Positions 13,686 to 25,900 of a stretch of DNA of 64,000 bases are shown here, piece after piece. The DNA is taken from positions 77,016,079 through 77,080,078 of the forward strand of contig NC_057718.1 in NCBI RefSeq assembly GCF_004010195.1. Reading direction: 5' to 3'. Numbering within the stretch: the stretch's first letter is position 1; the number at the start of each line of letters is the position of its first letter. The position numbers were made by a program, and so were the translations under genes. Origin of the DNA: Chiloscyllium plagiosum. Taxonomy: Eukaryota. The notes beneath the pieces were generated by a model. That model worked only from the letters and a program-made list of their open reading frames with translations. It did no database searches and was not told where the DNA came from.

Positions 13686-15212
13686 CATAGAACATAGAAG
13701 AATATAGCGCAGTACAGGCCCTTTGGCCCTCGATGTTGCGCCAATCCAAGCCCACCTAAACTACACTAGCCCACTATCCTCCATATGCCTATCCAATGCC
13801 TGCTTAAATGCCCATAAAGAGGGAGAGTCCACCACTGCTACTGGCAGTGCATTCCATGAACTCACGACTCGCTGAGTAAAGAACCTACCCTTAACATCTG
13901 TCCTATACCTACCACCCCTTAATTTAAAGCTATGCCCCCTCGTAATAGCTGACTCCATACGTGGAAAAAGGTTCTCACGGTCAACCCTATCTAAACCCCT
14001 AATCATCTTGCACACCTCTATCAAGTCACCCCTAAACCTTCTTTACACCATTGAAAACAACCCCAAGTGCCTCAGCCTTTCCTCATACAATCTTCCTACC
14101 ATACCAGGCAACATCCTGGTAAACCTCCCCTGCACCCGTTCCAGTGCCTCCACATCCTTCCTATAATATGACGACCAAAACTGCACACAATACTCCAGAT
14201 GAGGCTGCACCAGAGTCTTATAAAACTGCAACATGACCTCAGNNNNNNNNNNNNNNNNNNNNNNNNNNNNNNNNNNNNNNNNNNNNNNNNNNNNNNNNNN
14301 NNNNNNNNNNNNNNNNNNNNNNNNNNNNNNNNNNNNNNNNNNNNNNNNNNNNNNNNNNNNNNNNNNNNNNNNNNNNNNNNNNNNNNNNNNNNNNNNNNNN
14401 NNNNNNNNNNNNNNNNNNNNNNNNNNNNNNNNNNNNNNNNNNNNNNNNNNNNNNNNNNNNNNNNNNNNNNNNNNNNNNNNNNNNNNNNNNNNNNNNNNNN
14501 NNNNNNNNNNNNNNNNNNNNNNNNNNNNNNNNNNNNNNNNNNNNNNNNNNNNNNNNNNNNNNNNNNNNNNNNNNNNNNNNNNNNNNNNNNNNNNNNNNNN
14601 NNNNNNNNNNNNNNNNNNNNNNNNNNNNNNNNNNNNNNNNNNNNNNNNNNNNNNNNNNNNNNNNNNNNNNNNNNNNNNNNNNNNNNNNNNNNNNNNNNNN
14701 NNNNNNNNNNNNNNNNNNNNNNNNNNNNNNNNNNNNNNNNNNNNNNNNNNNNNNNNNNNNNNNNNNNNNNNNNNNNNNNNNNNNNNNNNNNNNNNNNNNN
14801 NNNNNNNNNNNNNNNNNNNNNNNNNNNNNNNNNNNNNNNNNNNNNNNNNNNNNNNNNNNNNNNNNNNNNNNTCCTGTCGACAACGAGGACATAAAAATCA
14901 AGGCCAATGGCTCTGCAATCTCCTCCCTTGCTTCCCAGAGAATCCTAGGATAAATGCCATCAGGCCCAGGGGGACTTATCTATTTTCACCCTTTCCAGAA
15001 TTTCCAACACCTCTTTTCTACATACCTCAAAGCCATCCATTCTACTTAATTGTGACTCAGTATTCACATTGGCAACAATGTCCTGTTCCTGATTGAATAC
15101 TGACGAAAAGTATTCATTCAGTGTCTCCCCAATCTCTTCAGCCTCCACACGCAACTTCCCACTACTATCCTTGACTGGATCTATTCCTACCCTAGTCATT
15201 CTTTTATTCCTG
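13686..15212 (-). mobile_element. CR1 LINE, second subfamily, spanning the assembly gap
   Basis: Minus ORFs LVQPHLEYCVQFWS, TRGHSFKLRGG..FFTQRVV, LNEYFSSVF; (TATGTTC)n tail. Confidence 0.9.
14243..14871. other. Assembly gap (629 N)
   Basis: Run of N. Confidence 1.
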
Positions 15213-16263
15213 AAAGTAGCAAAGTAGCTGAAGAAGTTTGTACTCATTGAGCTTAAAGGAACACAGCAGATACACAACTCATATGATATACTATAGATAT
15301 ATAGTTGGTTTTGTGATCACACTAACAGGATTGATCTCATGAATCTAACTCCAGTGATGCAGGCTGTTGAGGAGCATAAATGCAAAACAGGTTTTGTGAA
15401 AGCTGGTCCACCTGCCACTATTGTTCTTCCTCTCTGTCAGGTCCATCCTGGTGCAGCTGGGTTCTGACTGCAGTCCCCAGAGAAATTGTCATTCTCACCT
15501 GTTTTCAATACAGAATACCTGTTGTTGAGTGAGGTGCAGTCTGGGGCTATCCCTGACTCCCTGCCTGCCACCCTTCTTCTCACTGATGGCCACCCATTCG
15601 CTCTTTGACTGCACTTCCTTCAGTGCAGTGTGACAACATCTAAAGACATACTGTCATTGTAACTCTCAGTCTGATAATGCACAGGGATGACTCCAGCCAA
15701 CACCCAGACTCTGAAACCCAGTACTCAAGTTGATCAAACTGGTGTCACTTCCTGCAGGCAATGGACATGCCAGGAGCTTCAGGATTTCCCAAATACTGCA
15801 GGTTGTGCAACACATGGGACTAAGTTCCCTTGCCATACCTTTAGTTAAAAAAAAACTCAAGCCCAGGAGAAAAGTAACTAAGTTTTCTTTTAAAAAGAAG
15901 CAGCTAGAACTCTCCCCTTCCCCTAATGTAGCTTTAAAGTGGACAAAAGCAACGTGCCCACTATCTACTAATCAGTTCACTGCTTTGTACTAATATCACT
16001 TCTGTCACCCTTCTCAAATTCTGGTGGGGTTCCTGCTCCAACTGGTCCACTTTGAAGCAGAGTAGACTACTGGCTAAGAAAACCTTATCTCTAGGTATGT
16101 CCTAATTCCCAACCAGTTCCATCTCCTAGTCTGCTCCATTTCCTCCTTGGAACTCCTATAACATAGGGAGCCACAGCGTTCAAATTTTTAAAGTGAAGTT
16201 TTTAAGGATTTGCAGAAAAAGATACAGCTAGATTGTTGGTAAAATCTTTGCAAATTATCACAG

Positions 16264-16317
16264 AAATATCACAATATGTTTCAAATATCACAATATGTTT
16301 CAAATATCACAATGTTT
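16264..16317. repeat. 19-bp tandem repeat, ~2.7 copies
   Basis: AAATATCACAATATGTTTC repeated. Confidence 0.85.
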
Positions 16318-16457
16318 TAAATGTCTTCAGACATTCAACATCAAGTGAATGGTTAAGGTGATAAATAGTGCTAACTTTCTATGCAACATCTTTGACACTT
16401 AATCAGCTGACCACTGTTGGAATTGGCATTGGGTAAAGAACTATACAGCAAAGTTTG

Positions 16458-16569
16458 AGGGCTCTTGTGGTGCAGGCATAGTGTGCCTACCTCTGGGCCT
16501 AGAAGATCCAGGTTCAAGTCACACATGCTTTAGACATGTGTCATAACATGTCTGAACGGGTTAATTAAA
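16458..16569 (+). mobile_element. Short tRNA-derived SINE, split by a PLE; related copy at ~47903-48003
   Basis: A-box-like TGGTGCAGGCATAG, B-box-like GGTTCAAGTC; similarity to the 47.9-kb copy. Confidence 0.5.
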
Positions 16570-17203
16570 GGGTGTAGGTTTGTTCGCTGAGCTGTAGGTT
16601 TGATATCCAGACGTTTCATTACCTGGCTAGGTAACATCATCAGTGGCGATCTCCAAGTGAAGCGAAGCTGTTGTCTCCTGCTTTCTATTTATATGTTTGT
16701 CCTGGATGGGGTTCCAGGGGTGTCATTTCCTGTTCGTTTTCTGAGGGGTTGATAGATGGTATCTAGATCAATATGTTTGTTTATGGCGTTGTACTTGGAG
16801 TGGCAGGCCTCTAGGAATCCTCTGGCATGTTTTTGCTTAGCCTGTCCCAGGATAGATGTGTTGTCCCAGTCGAAATGGTGGTTTTTTTCCTCTGTGTGTA
16901 GGGCTACGAGGGAGAGAGGGTTGTGTCTTTTTGAGTAGTCTGGCTGTCATTTCTGAAACTTCTTTGATGTATGGTAAGGTGGTTAGGGTTTCTGGCTGTG
17001 TTTAGTCTGCTTGTCATGGTTTGTTCTTGAGGAATCTGCGGACTGTACTTTTTGAGTATCCATTCTTTTTGAATACGTTGTATAGGTGGTTCTCCTCTGT
17101 TTTCCGAAGTTCGCCTGTGCTGCAGTGTGATGCTCATTGGAATAGTGTTCTGATACAGCTTTGTTTGTGTGTGTTGGGATGGTTGCTGGTGTAGTTAAGT
17201 ATT
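16570..17203 (-). mobile_element. PLE (Poseidon-like) 3' fragment with internal deletion
   Basis: TLPYIKEVSEMTARLL and HHFDWDNTSILGQAKQKHARGFLEA..INKHIDLDTIYQPL; near-TSD GTT(A/G)ATTAAA at 16560-16569 and 17204-17213. Confidence 0.85.
16607..16646 (-). ncRNA. Minimal hammerhead ribozyme motif
   Basis: Revcomp CCA-CTGATGA-T-GTTACCT-AGCC-AGGTAAT-GAAAC-GTC-TGG; stem I CCA/TGG, 7-bp stem II. Confidence 0.8.
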
Positions 17204-17488
17204 GTTGATTAAAATATCAACATGTCAAAGTCTCATTAATGAGCAACAGCAGACAATTTAAATGGTGATCAGCTGCTTAAGGATCATCTGGGAAGCTGTT
17301 CCTTGTTCAAGTTTCAACTCCTTCATCACTACAGGGTCTCATGCAAAAAGTGGACAAAACCAATTAAAACTCCATTGTGTTCACAACAAGGGCAAGTTAC
17401 ACCCTATGACTTCCATTTCACAGCTCTATAATGGGCAGTGATAGGATGATCATCTGTGCTTTGCGAATGGACTTACATCATTAATGCT

Positions 17489-17695
17489 AAAAATCACACA
17501 ACACCAGGTTATAGTCCAACAGGTTTAATTGGAAGCACACTAGCTTTCGGAGCGACGCTCCTTCATCAGGTGATTGTGGAGGTGAAGGAGCGTCGCTCCA
17601 AAAGCTAGTGTGCTTCCAATTAAACCTGTTGGACTATAACCTGGTGTGTGTGATTTTTAACTTTGTACACCCCAGTCCAACACCGGCATCTCCGA
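17489..17695 (+). mobile_element. PLE fold-back mini-element of the same family as 3438-5662
   Basis: Inverted arms ~17489-17565 / ~17583-17657; TSD ATCATTAATGCT at 17477-17488 and 17696-17707. Confidence 0.85.
17538..17572 (-). ncRNA. Minimal hammerhead ribozyme motif
   Basis: Revcomp CAC-CTGATGA-A-GGAGC-GTC-GCTCC-GAAAG-CTA-GTG; stem I CAC/GTG, palindromic AGCT. Confidence 0.8.
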
Positions 17696-18011
17696 ATCAT
17701 TAATGCTGCTTTACATACATAGGAAATGTTGTCATCATTAACAGGTCAGCTGCAATGTAATTGCTGCATAAATTGAAACTGAAATTCAGATTGAACCTGC
17801 TAAAGTTATTAGACAACCATAACTTGTAATATTTATTTCACCAATTCTAACAGAAACCTAAATTGCATATTTGTGACCTTCACATTTCACCACTTGAGGA
17901 AAAATCACTTTCACCAAGTGGTGAACTTTATGTGGCGAGTCCAACTGAGTTTCTGTTAGATGATAACCCAGCATCCTGATAATGGGGTTTCAGTGATGAT
18001 AGCACCATTGT

Positions 18012-18874
18012 GGAGAAGTTTATGAAGAAAAACACCTTTGACCACAAGTCCATCAGGAAGTGGTCAGCACGTAGTGTCCTTGAGACCCTTCGGGAAAAGG
18101 AGAGGGCGGAACCTATCGAGCAGTTCCCTGAGCAAACTGTCAAAGCCATTTGGCAGAATGCCTCATTGCCAGAACTTTCCAACAAGCATCAAAACATGGC
18201 TTGGCTGGTGGTGAGAAGGGCTCTGCCTGTGAGATCCTTTATGCACGCCCGGACTCTCAGCCGCACCGCACGCTGCCCTCGAAGCGGCTGCGGGGGGGAC
18301 GAGACTGTCACACACCTCCTTCTGGAATGTGCCTACGCAGAAGAAGTCTGGAGAGGAATGCAGTGTTGTTTGTCGATGCTCGTCCCGAGCAGCACCGTGA
18401 CGCGGGACTCCGTGCTCTTCGGCCTGTTCCCTGGGACGCACACCGAGACGAACATCAACTGTGCCTGGAGGATCATCAACTCGGTGAAGGACGCTCTCTG
18501 GGCGGTCCGAAACCTGTTGATCTTTCAGCTGAAGGAGTTGACCCCGACTGAGTGTTGCAGACTGGCACATTCCAAGGTCCAGGACTACGTGTTGAGGGAC
18601 GCGCTGAAGCTTGGGGCAGCTGCCGCCAAGGTGCGGTGGGAAAAGACCACCATGTAACGTCTGCCTGCCTAAAGAAGAACAGGGGGCCTGCGCAGTCATT
18701 TGGGCTCTGCTGACGCCTCAGCTAAAAGTGTAGTTGTACAGACCTGTAAATAGGAATGATTACTCTGTTTCGGTATGCAAAGAAATGGAATGCTTACATA
18801 TGTATGGCATGTCCAACTGTACAGACCATCAAATTATTTTATAAATAAACTATATTTTTGAAATAAAAAAAAAA
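18012..18874 (+). mobile_element. Tx1/L1-clade LINE 3' end (ORF2 C-terminal zinc knuckle), young
   Basis: Uninterrupted 215-aa frame with CPRSGCGGDETVTHLLLEC; CpG-rich; AATAAA plus poly(A); TSD ACCATTGT at 18004-18011 and 18875-18882. Confidence 0.85.
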
Positions 18875-18979
18875 ACCATTGTATGTCAAGGGATGGTGAT
18901 TAGATAGTCTCTTATTGATAGTAGTTATTGTCTGGTATTTCTGTGGCATGCAAGTTATTTGCCACTTGTCAGTCCAAGC

Positions 18980-19164
18980 ACAGCAGGTCAGGCAGCATCC
19001 AAGGAACAGGAGAATCGACGTTTCGGGCATAAGCTCTTCTTCAGGAAGGGCGTATGCCTGAAACGTCGATTCTCCTGTTCCTTGGATGCTGCCTGACCTG
19101 CTGCGCTTTTCCAGCAACACATTTTCAGCTCTGATCTCCAGCATCTGCAGTCCTCACTTTCTCT
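18980..19164 (+). mobile_element. PLE fold-back mini-element
   Basis: 16-bp TSD ACTTGTCAGTCCAAGC at 18964-18979 and 19165-19180; inverted arms centred ~19045. Confidence 0.85.
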
Positions 19165-19610
19165 ACTTGTCAGTCCAAGCCTGGATATTGTCCATATTTT
19201 ATGGCATTTGAATACAGACTGCTTCAGTATTGGAGGAGTTGCAAATGGTGCTGAAAATTGTCAATCATTGGCAAACATCCCTGCTTCTGACTTAATGATG
19301 GAGAAAAGATCATTGTTGAAGCAGCTGAAGATAGTGGCACTACCCTGACAAACTCCTGCAGAGATGTCCTGGAACTGAGATGACTCACTTTCAACAAGTA
19401 CTGCCATCTTCTTTTGTGCCATATATGACTAAAACCAATGGAAAGTTTGTCCCTTGATATCCATTTATTCCAGTTTTGATAGGGCTTCTTGATGTCACTC
19501 CTTCCTCACCTGCAGAATTCAGCTCTTTTGTCCATGTTTGAACCAAGGCTGTAATGAGGTCAGGAGTGAGTGGTCTTGGTGGAACTCAAACTGGGCATCA
19601 CTGAGCAGAT

Positions 19611-19788
19611 AAAAACAAATTACTGCAGATGCTGGAATCTGAAACCAAAAGAGAAAATGCTGGAAAATCTCAGCAGGTCTGGCAGCATCTGTAAGGAGAG
19701 AAAAGAGCTGATGTTTCGAGTCTACTCTTTTATCTCCTTACAGATGCTACCAGACCTGCTGAGATTTTCCAGCATTTTCTCTTTTGGG
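19611..19788 (-). mobile_element. PLE fold-back mini-element, different family
   Basis: TSD ATCACTGAGCAGAT at 19597-19610 and 19789-19802; inverted arms. Confidence 0.8.
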
Positions 19789-19897
19789 ATCACTGAGCAG
19801 ATTATTGCCGAGTAGATGCTGCTTGATAGCACTTTTGATAACGCCTTCTATCACTTTACTGATGATCAAGAGTAGACTGACGGAGCAGTAATTGGCC

Positions 19898-20054
19898 AGA
19901 GGCAAAAATAGAAATTGCTGGAAAAGCTCAGCAAGTCTGGCAGCATCTGTGGAGAGAAATCAGAGTTAATGTTTCGGTTCAAGTGGCCCTTTCTCAGAAC
20001 ATATCCAGCAATTTCTACTTTTGTCTCTGATTTACAGCATCAGCAGTTCTTTTG
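19898..20054 (+). mobile_element. PLE fold-back mini-element, older
   Basis: TSD GTAATTG(G/A)CC at 19888-19897 and 20055-20064; decayed hammerhead on the minus strand at ~19965-20000. Confidence 0.7.
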
Positions 20055-20557
20055 GTAATTGACCTGGTTGGATTCTCTGCTTTTTATGTACATGATATAT
20101 CTGGGCAAATTTCCACATTGTTGGGTAGATGCCAGTGTGGTAACTGTACTGTAACAGCTTGGCTAGGGCCGCAGCAAGTTCTGGAGCAGAAGTCTTCGGT
20201 ACTATTGATGGAGTGTTGTCAGGGCACATAGCATTTGCAGTATCCAGTGCCTCTAACCATTTCTTGATATCACGTGGAGTGAATCAATTGGCTTAAAACT
20301 GGTATCTGAAATGCTCAGACTACTGGAGGAGGCTGAGCTGGATCATCCACCAAATATCTCTGGCTGAAAATTGTTGCAAAAGCCTCAGCTTTATGTCTTG
20401 CACTGATGTGCTTGTCTCTCCTATCATTGAGATAGGGATATATGTGGAGCCTCCTCCTCCAGTTTGTTGTTTAATTGTCTACCACCATTTGCGACTGGAT
20501 AGGACAAGACTGCAGAGCTTAGATCTTATCTGTTGGTTGTGGGATCGCTTAGCTATG

Positions 20558-20688
20558 AGGAGAAAGTGAGGTCTGCAGATGCTGGAGATCAGAGATGGAA
20601 ATGTGTTGCTGGAAAAGCGCAGCAGGTCAGGCAGCATCTAGGGAACAGGAGGATCGACGTTTCGGGCATTAGCCCTTCTTCAGGAATC
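20558..20688 (-). mobile_element. Solo PLE terminal repeat
   Basis: TSD CTTAGCTATG at 20548-20557 and 20689-20698. Confidence 0.85.
20652..20687 (-). ncRNA. Minimal hammerhead ribozyme motif
   Basis: Revcomp ATTC-CTGAAGA-A-GGGC-TAAT-GCCC-GAAAC-GTC-GATC. Confidence 0.7.
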
Positions 20689-20974
20689 CTTAGCTATGTC
20701 TATTACTTGCTGCGTCTGCTGTTTGGCATGCAAGTACCTCATTTTAAATATTCCTGGTGCTGCACCTGGCATGCTCTCCTGTGCTCACCATTGAGCCAGG
20801 GTTGATCTGCTGGTTTAATGATAATGGTTGAGTGAGAGATATGTCAGGTTGCAGATTGTGCTGGAGTGCAATTCTGCTGCTGTTGATGGCCCATTGCGCC
20901 TCATGGATGTCCAGTCTTGAGTTGCTCAATTTGTTTGAAGTCTGTCCCATATAGTATGGTGATAGTGCTACACA

Positions 20975-21197
20975 GGAGAAAGTGAGGACTGCAGATGCTG
21001 GAGATCAAAGCTGAAAATGTGTTGCTGGAAAAGCGCAGCAGGTCAGCAGGCATCCAAGGAGCAGGAGAATCGACGTTTTGGGCATGAGCCCTTCTTCAGG
21101 CATTCCTGAAGAAGGGCTCATGCCTGAAACATCGATTCTCCTGCTCCTTGGATGCTGCTTGACCTGCTGTCCTTTTCCAGCAACACATTTTCAGCTC
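20975..21197 (-). mobile_element. PLE fold-back mini-element
   Basis: TSD TGATAGTGCTACACA at 20960-20974 and 21198-21212; inversion centre ~21101. Confidence 0.85.
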
Positions 21198-21212
21198 TGA
21201 TAGTGCTACACA

Positions 21213-21409
21213 GTCAAAAGGTGTGGTGCTTGAAAGCACAGCTGGTCAGGAAGCATCCAAGGAGCAGGAGAATTGACGCTTCCAATTTTGAAGAGCTGAT
21301 GGTTGAAATGTCGACTCTCCTGCTCCTCGGATGCTGCCTGACTGGCTGTGCTTTTCCAGCATGACTCTTTTTGACTCTCCAGCATCAGCAGTCCTCTCTT
21401 TCTCTCTCC
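21213..21409 (+). mobile_element. Older PLE fold-back mini-element
   Basis: TSD TGATAGTGC(T/C)ACACA at 21198-21212 and 21410-21424. Confidence 0.8.
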
Positions 21410-21784
21410 TGATAGTGCCACACAACCTAATGGAGGATAATTTTAATACAAAAGTGGAAATTCATCTGCACAAGGACTGTGCAGTGGTCACTCTTACCAA
21501 TACTGTCATGACAAATACATCTGCAGCCGGCAGATTGGTAAGGATGAGGTCAAGTATGTTTTCCCCTCTTATTAATTCCCTCACCATTTACTACAAACCA
21601 AACCAGCTCAATGAATAGTGCTATTGCCAAGCTACTCTTGGTGGTGGACATTGAAATCCCCCACCCAGAGTACATTTTCCATTGGGAGAGATGAAATTAT
21701 CATGGAATTTTGAAGCTTCATTAATGCCCTTTAGGGATGGAAAAATTCCATCATTATCTGGTGTGACTGACATGTGAATCTAGA

Positions 21785-21988
21785 GCTGAAAACGTGTTGT
21801 TGGAAAAGCGCAGCAGGTCAGGCAGCATCCAAGGAGCAGGAGAATCGACGTTTCGGGCATGAGCCCTTCTTTCTCATGCCCGAAACGTCGATTTTCCTGC
21901 TCGTTGGATGCTGCCTGACCTGCTGCGCTTCTCCAGCAACACATTTTCAGCTCTGATCTCCAGCATCTGCAGTCCTCACTTTCTCCTC
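21785..21988 (+). mobile_element. PLE fold-back mini-element
   Basis: TSD TGTGAATCTAGA at 21773-21784 and 21989-22000. Confidence 0.85.
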
Positions 21989-22140
21989 TGTGAATCTAGA
22001 ACCACAGTAATGTCATAGTTGATATTAATGTTACAATTAACTCTTAACTGCCTTCTGAAATAGTCAGCAGTCACTCAGTGCAAAGGCAACTAATGATGGA
22101 CAACACATCCCACAAAAGAATTTTTAAAAATTATTAGAAA

Positions 22141-22380
22141 GGGGAGGCATGGTGGCTCAGTGGTTAGTACTGTTGCCTCACAGCGCCAAAGACCCAGGTT
22201 TGATTGCAGTCTTAGGTGACTGAAAATATGTGGAGTTTGCACATTTTCCCTGTGTCTGTATAGGTTTCCTCCCACAATCCAAAGGTTTGCAGGTTAGGCG
22301 GGTTGGCCATACTAAATTGTCCAGAGTGCGGACTTGCTGGACCAAATGGCCTGTTTCCACAGTGTAGGGATTCCATGATC
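22141..22380 (+). mobile_element. HE1-like tRNA-derived V-SINE
   Basis: GGTGGCTCAGTGGTTAG A box, core TGTGGAGTTTGCACATT, CR1-like tail GGCCTGTTTCCACAGTGTAGGGATTC. Confidence 0.8.
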
Positions 22381-23404
22381 TTAAGGTGCTTCACAATCAC
22401 TGGTTTACTTTTGCTTTTGTAATTGTGGTGTCAGCATTTTTTTTGTACAGGTCTCCACAAAGAACAAGTGAGCTTATTGTTTAGATAACGTTGATTTGGC
22501 TGGCTAAAGGGCAAATGCTGTCCAAGACACCTAGAGAATTCCCTGCTAATCCTAAACAGTGCTCTCAGTTTCTTTTCATTCACTTGACCAGACAAATAAG
22601 GACCAGAAGCTTGTACTATGAGATACAAGGTCGGACAATGTGATAGCCACATTAATAGCCATTAATTCAGCAGGTGAGCTCTCAAAGCTACTGAAAGTCC
22701 ATCAGGCAATAAAAAAGTCATTGAAGTCCCAGCTGCCTTCTGTTAATGGGCCAAAAATTATTTGAACCAGGGTTGATCTCCTGGGTTGACGGTAATGGAT
22801 GAGTGGAGGTTGTGAGCTGGTAGCTCTCGGATACAAGCAGGGAATGTATCAAGTATGACCATAGTGAATGTCAGAAGAGGGCAGGGTTGCTATTTTGATG
22901 TAAGTAAGTGTTTTCAAAGCTGAATCAGACAAATTTTTAATTAGTACGGGAATCAATAGTTATTGCGAAAAGGCAAGAAAGTGGAGTTGAGGATTGCTAG
23001 ATTAACAGTTGACTGCAAGGCAGTCTCAGCAAATTGAACAGCCTTCTTCTGCTCCTACATCTTATGGTGTTACTTAAACTGCAAAGGAATTGCCCCACTT
23101 ATTTTTCCACAGACTGTTGTCATCAGATAAAAAAACAGTTAGTATAAAACGTGCCTGAAAAACATCTGTAGGTGAATTGCACCCTCCCATACTGTGCAGT
23201 TTCAAGCTACATGAAAAGGTATGTGTTAGTTTCAGGCTACAAGCTGTTTCAAGCCAGAGTAGCATGTTTCACTTGGGTGTATCGTTGCAGCACAGTCAAA
23301 TTGGCACCTCTCTATTTGCCTCTTGCACACAGTGCTAGTTTTGCTGCATACCAATGTGCAAGCATGGGTGTACAGAGTATTTTTGCAGAGTGCAGCCTTT
23401 TAAA

Positions 23405-25900
23405 ATTTGTCTTGTTCATTCGTGGAATGTGGGGATCACTGGTTGGGCGAGCATTTATTATAAATTCCTAGTTGCCCTGAAAAGATTGTAGTGAGTTACC
23501 AAATTGAACACTGCAGTTCATCTGTTGTAGGTAAACCTACAATTGCATTAGAAAGGAAGTTCCAAGATTTTGAACCAGCAACACTGAAGGAACAGCACTA
23601 TGTTTCCAAGTCAGGATGGTAAGTGGTTTGGAGGGGAACTTGCAGGTGGTGGTGTTCCCATGTATCTGTTCCCCTTGTCCTTCTAGATGGAAGTGGTCGA
23701 GGGTATGGAAGGTGCTGTCTGAGGATCTTTGATGAATTTCTGTGGTGTACCTAGTGGATGGTACATACTGCTGTGACTGAGTATCAGTGGTGGAGATTGA
23801 ATGCTTGTAGACGTGGTGCCATTCAAGTGGGCTGTATTATCCTGGATGGTGTCAAGCTTCTTGAATGTTGTTGGAGCTGCAGCCAGCCAGGCAAGTGGGG
23901 TGTATTCCATTACACTCCTGACTTGTGCCTTGTAGATGGTGGGTTGGGGATGAGTTACTTGCTTAAATATTTTTTACCATTGTATTTATACGACTAGTTG
24001 AATGCAGCTTCTGGTCAATAGTAACCCCAGAATGTTGAAAATGTGGGATTCAGTGATGGTAAGAGAATTGAATGTCAAAGGATGATGGTTAGATTGTAAG
24101 TTGCTGGATATGGTCACTGGCTGGCGTGAATGCTACTGACCACTTACCAACCCAAGCCTGTATTTGAACATAGACTGCTTCAGTGTCAGAAGAGTCACAA
24201 ATGATGCTGAACATTGCACGAACATCTCGACTTCTGATCTTATGATGGAGAGCAGGTCATTGGTAAAGCAGCTGAAGATCATTGGACCGACGACACTCCC
24301 TTGAGGAACTCCTGCAGAAATGCCCTGGAGCTGAGATGATTGACTTCCAACAACCACAACCATCTTTCTTTGTGACACGTATGACTCCAGCCAGCAGAGA
24401 GTTTGCCCCTTGATTCCCAATACCCTAGTTAGTCAAATGCAGCCTTGATGTCAAGAGCTGTCATTCTCACCTTACCACTGGAATTCAGCTCTTTATGCCC
24501 ATGCTTAAACAAAGACTGTAATGAGGTCATGAGCTGAGTGGCCCTGGCTGAACCCAAACTGGGTGTCACTGAGCAGGTTATTGCTGAGCATATGCTGCTT
24601 GATAGCACTGTTGATTACACCTTCCATCAATTTACTGATAATCAAGATTGTGCTGATTGTGCTGTATTTGGCTGGGTTGGATTTGTTCTGTTTTTTGTGT
24701 ACAGCCATACCTGGGTAATTTTCCATGTTGTTGGGTAGATGCCAATGTTGTAACTGTTCTGGAACAACTTGGCTAGGGGAGCAGCATATTCTGGGGCTCA
24801 AGTTTTCAGTAGTATTGCCGAAATGTTGTCAGAGCCCACAGACTTTGTAGTATCCATTGCCTTCAACTGTTTGTTGATATTAGCTGAAGACTAGCATCTG
24901 TGATGCTGGGACCACGGGAGGAGGCTGAGATAGATCATCCACTTGTTATCCACTGACTTCCAACAACCACAACCATCTTTTTTTATGACACATATGACTC
25001 CAGCCAGCAGAGAGTTTCCCCCTTGATTCCCAATACCCTAGTCAGTCAAATGCAGCCTTGATGTCAAGAGCTGTCATTCTCACCTTACCACTGGAATTCA
25101 GCTCTTTATGCCTATGCTTGAACAAAGACTGTAATGAGATCAGGATCTGAATGGCCCTGGCTGAATCCAAACTGGTTGTCACTGAGCAGGTTATTGCTGA
25201 ATGTTTCAGGCTTATCTTTTACACTGATGTGCTGGGTTTTTCCAATATTGACAATGAGGAAATTTGTTGAGCCCCTTTCTCCAGTGAGTTCGTTAATTGT
25301 CCATCATAATTCATGACTGGATGTGGCAGGACCTTAGAGCTTAAATTTGATCCATTGATTTATGGAATCACTTACCTCTATCACTTGCTGCTTCTGCTGT
25401 TTGGTAGCTTCACCAGGTTGACACCTCATTTTTATGTTTGCCTGATGCTGCTCCTTTATGCTGTCCTCCAATGAATCAGGGTTGACCACCTGCCTTGATA
25501 GTCATATTTGAGTGAGGGATATGCTGGGCCATTTAGCTACACATTTTTTGGAGTAGGATTCCACAGGTTCTGAAGGCACACAGCACCTCATGAATACCCA
25601 GTCTTCAGTTACTAGGTCTGTTCGAAGTCTATCCCATTGGCACCGTGATAGTGCCATACAACACAATGTGAGATGTTCTCAATGTGAAGACAAGACTTTG
25701 TCTCCATGAGCTTCATGCAGTTATAACTTTACCAATACTATCATGGATGTCACCACCTGCTGCAAACTCAGTTTGTACTCATTTGTTCATGGGATGTGCG
25801 TACCACTGGACTTGGCCAGCATTTATTGTCCTATATGCCTTTGAAAAGTTGGTAGTGAGCTTCCTTCTTGAATCCCAGCAGTCGTTGAGGTGTGGGTTTA
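23405..25900 (-). mobile_element. L2/CR1-type LINE (RT and 3' end) with an internal duplication
   Basis: WLESYVSQRKMVVVVG..GVPQGSVVGPMIFSCFTNDL; LLSDTQFGFSQGHS; MEYTPLAW. Confidence 0.8.

Larger units (their letters stand above)
17935..21670 (-). mobile_element. Old L2/CR1-type LINE carrying seven younger insertions
   Basis: Minus ORF KTSAPELAAALAKLLQYSYHTGIYPTMWKFAQ; collinear with 23405-25900 once the inserts are removed. Confidence 0.8.

Noticed and set aside
14199..15096. Long ORFs of 222-287 aa
   Set aside because: Artefacts of the N gap.
18010..18657. 215-aa ORF as a host gene
   Set aside because: It is the truncated ORF2 end of a LINE, with poly(A) and TSD.
18964..22000. Recurrent palindromic repeats as a CRISPR-like array or DNA-transposon MITEs
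   Set aside because: Irregular spacing, variable 9-17 bp TSDs, asymmetric ends and homology to PLE termini indicate retroelement products.
22141..22210. tRNA gene
   Set aside because: A/B-box head continues into a V-SINE core and LINE tail, with no cloverleaf 3' end. The same applies at ~61400-61470.
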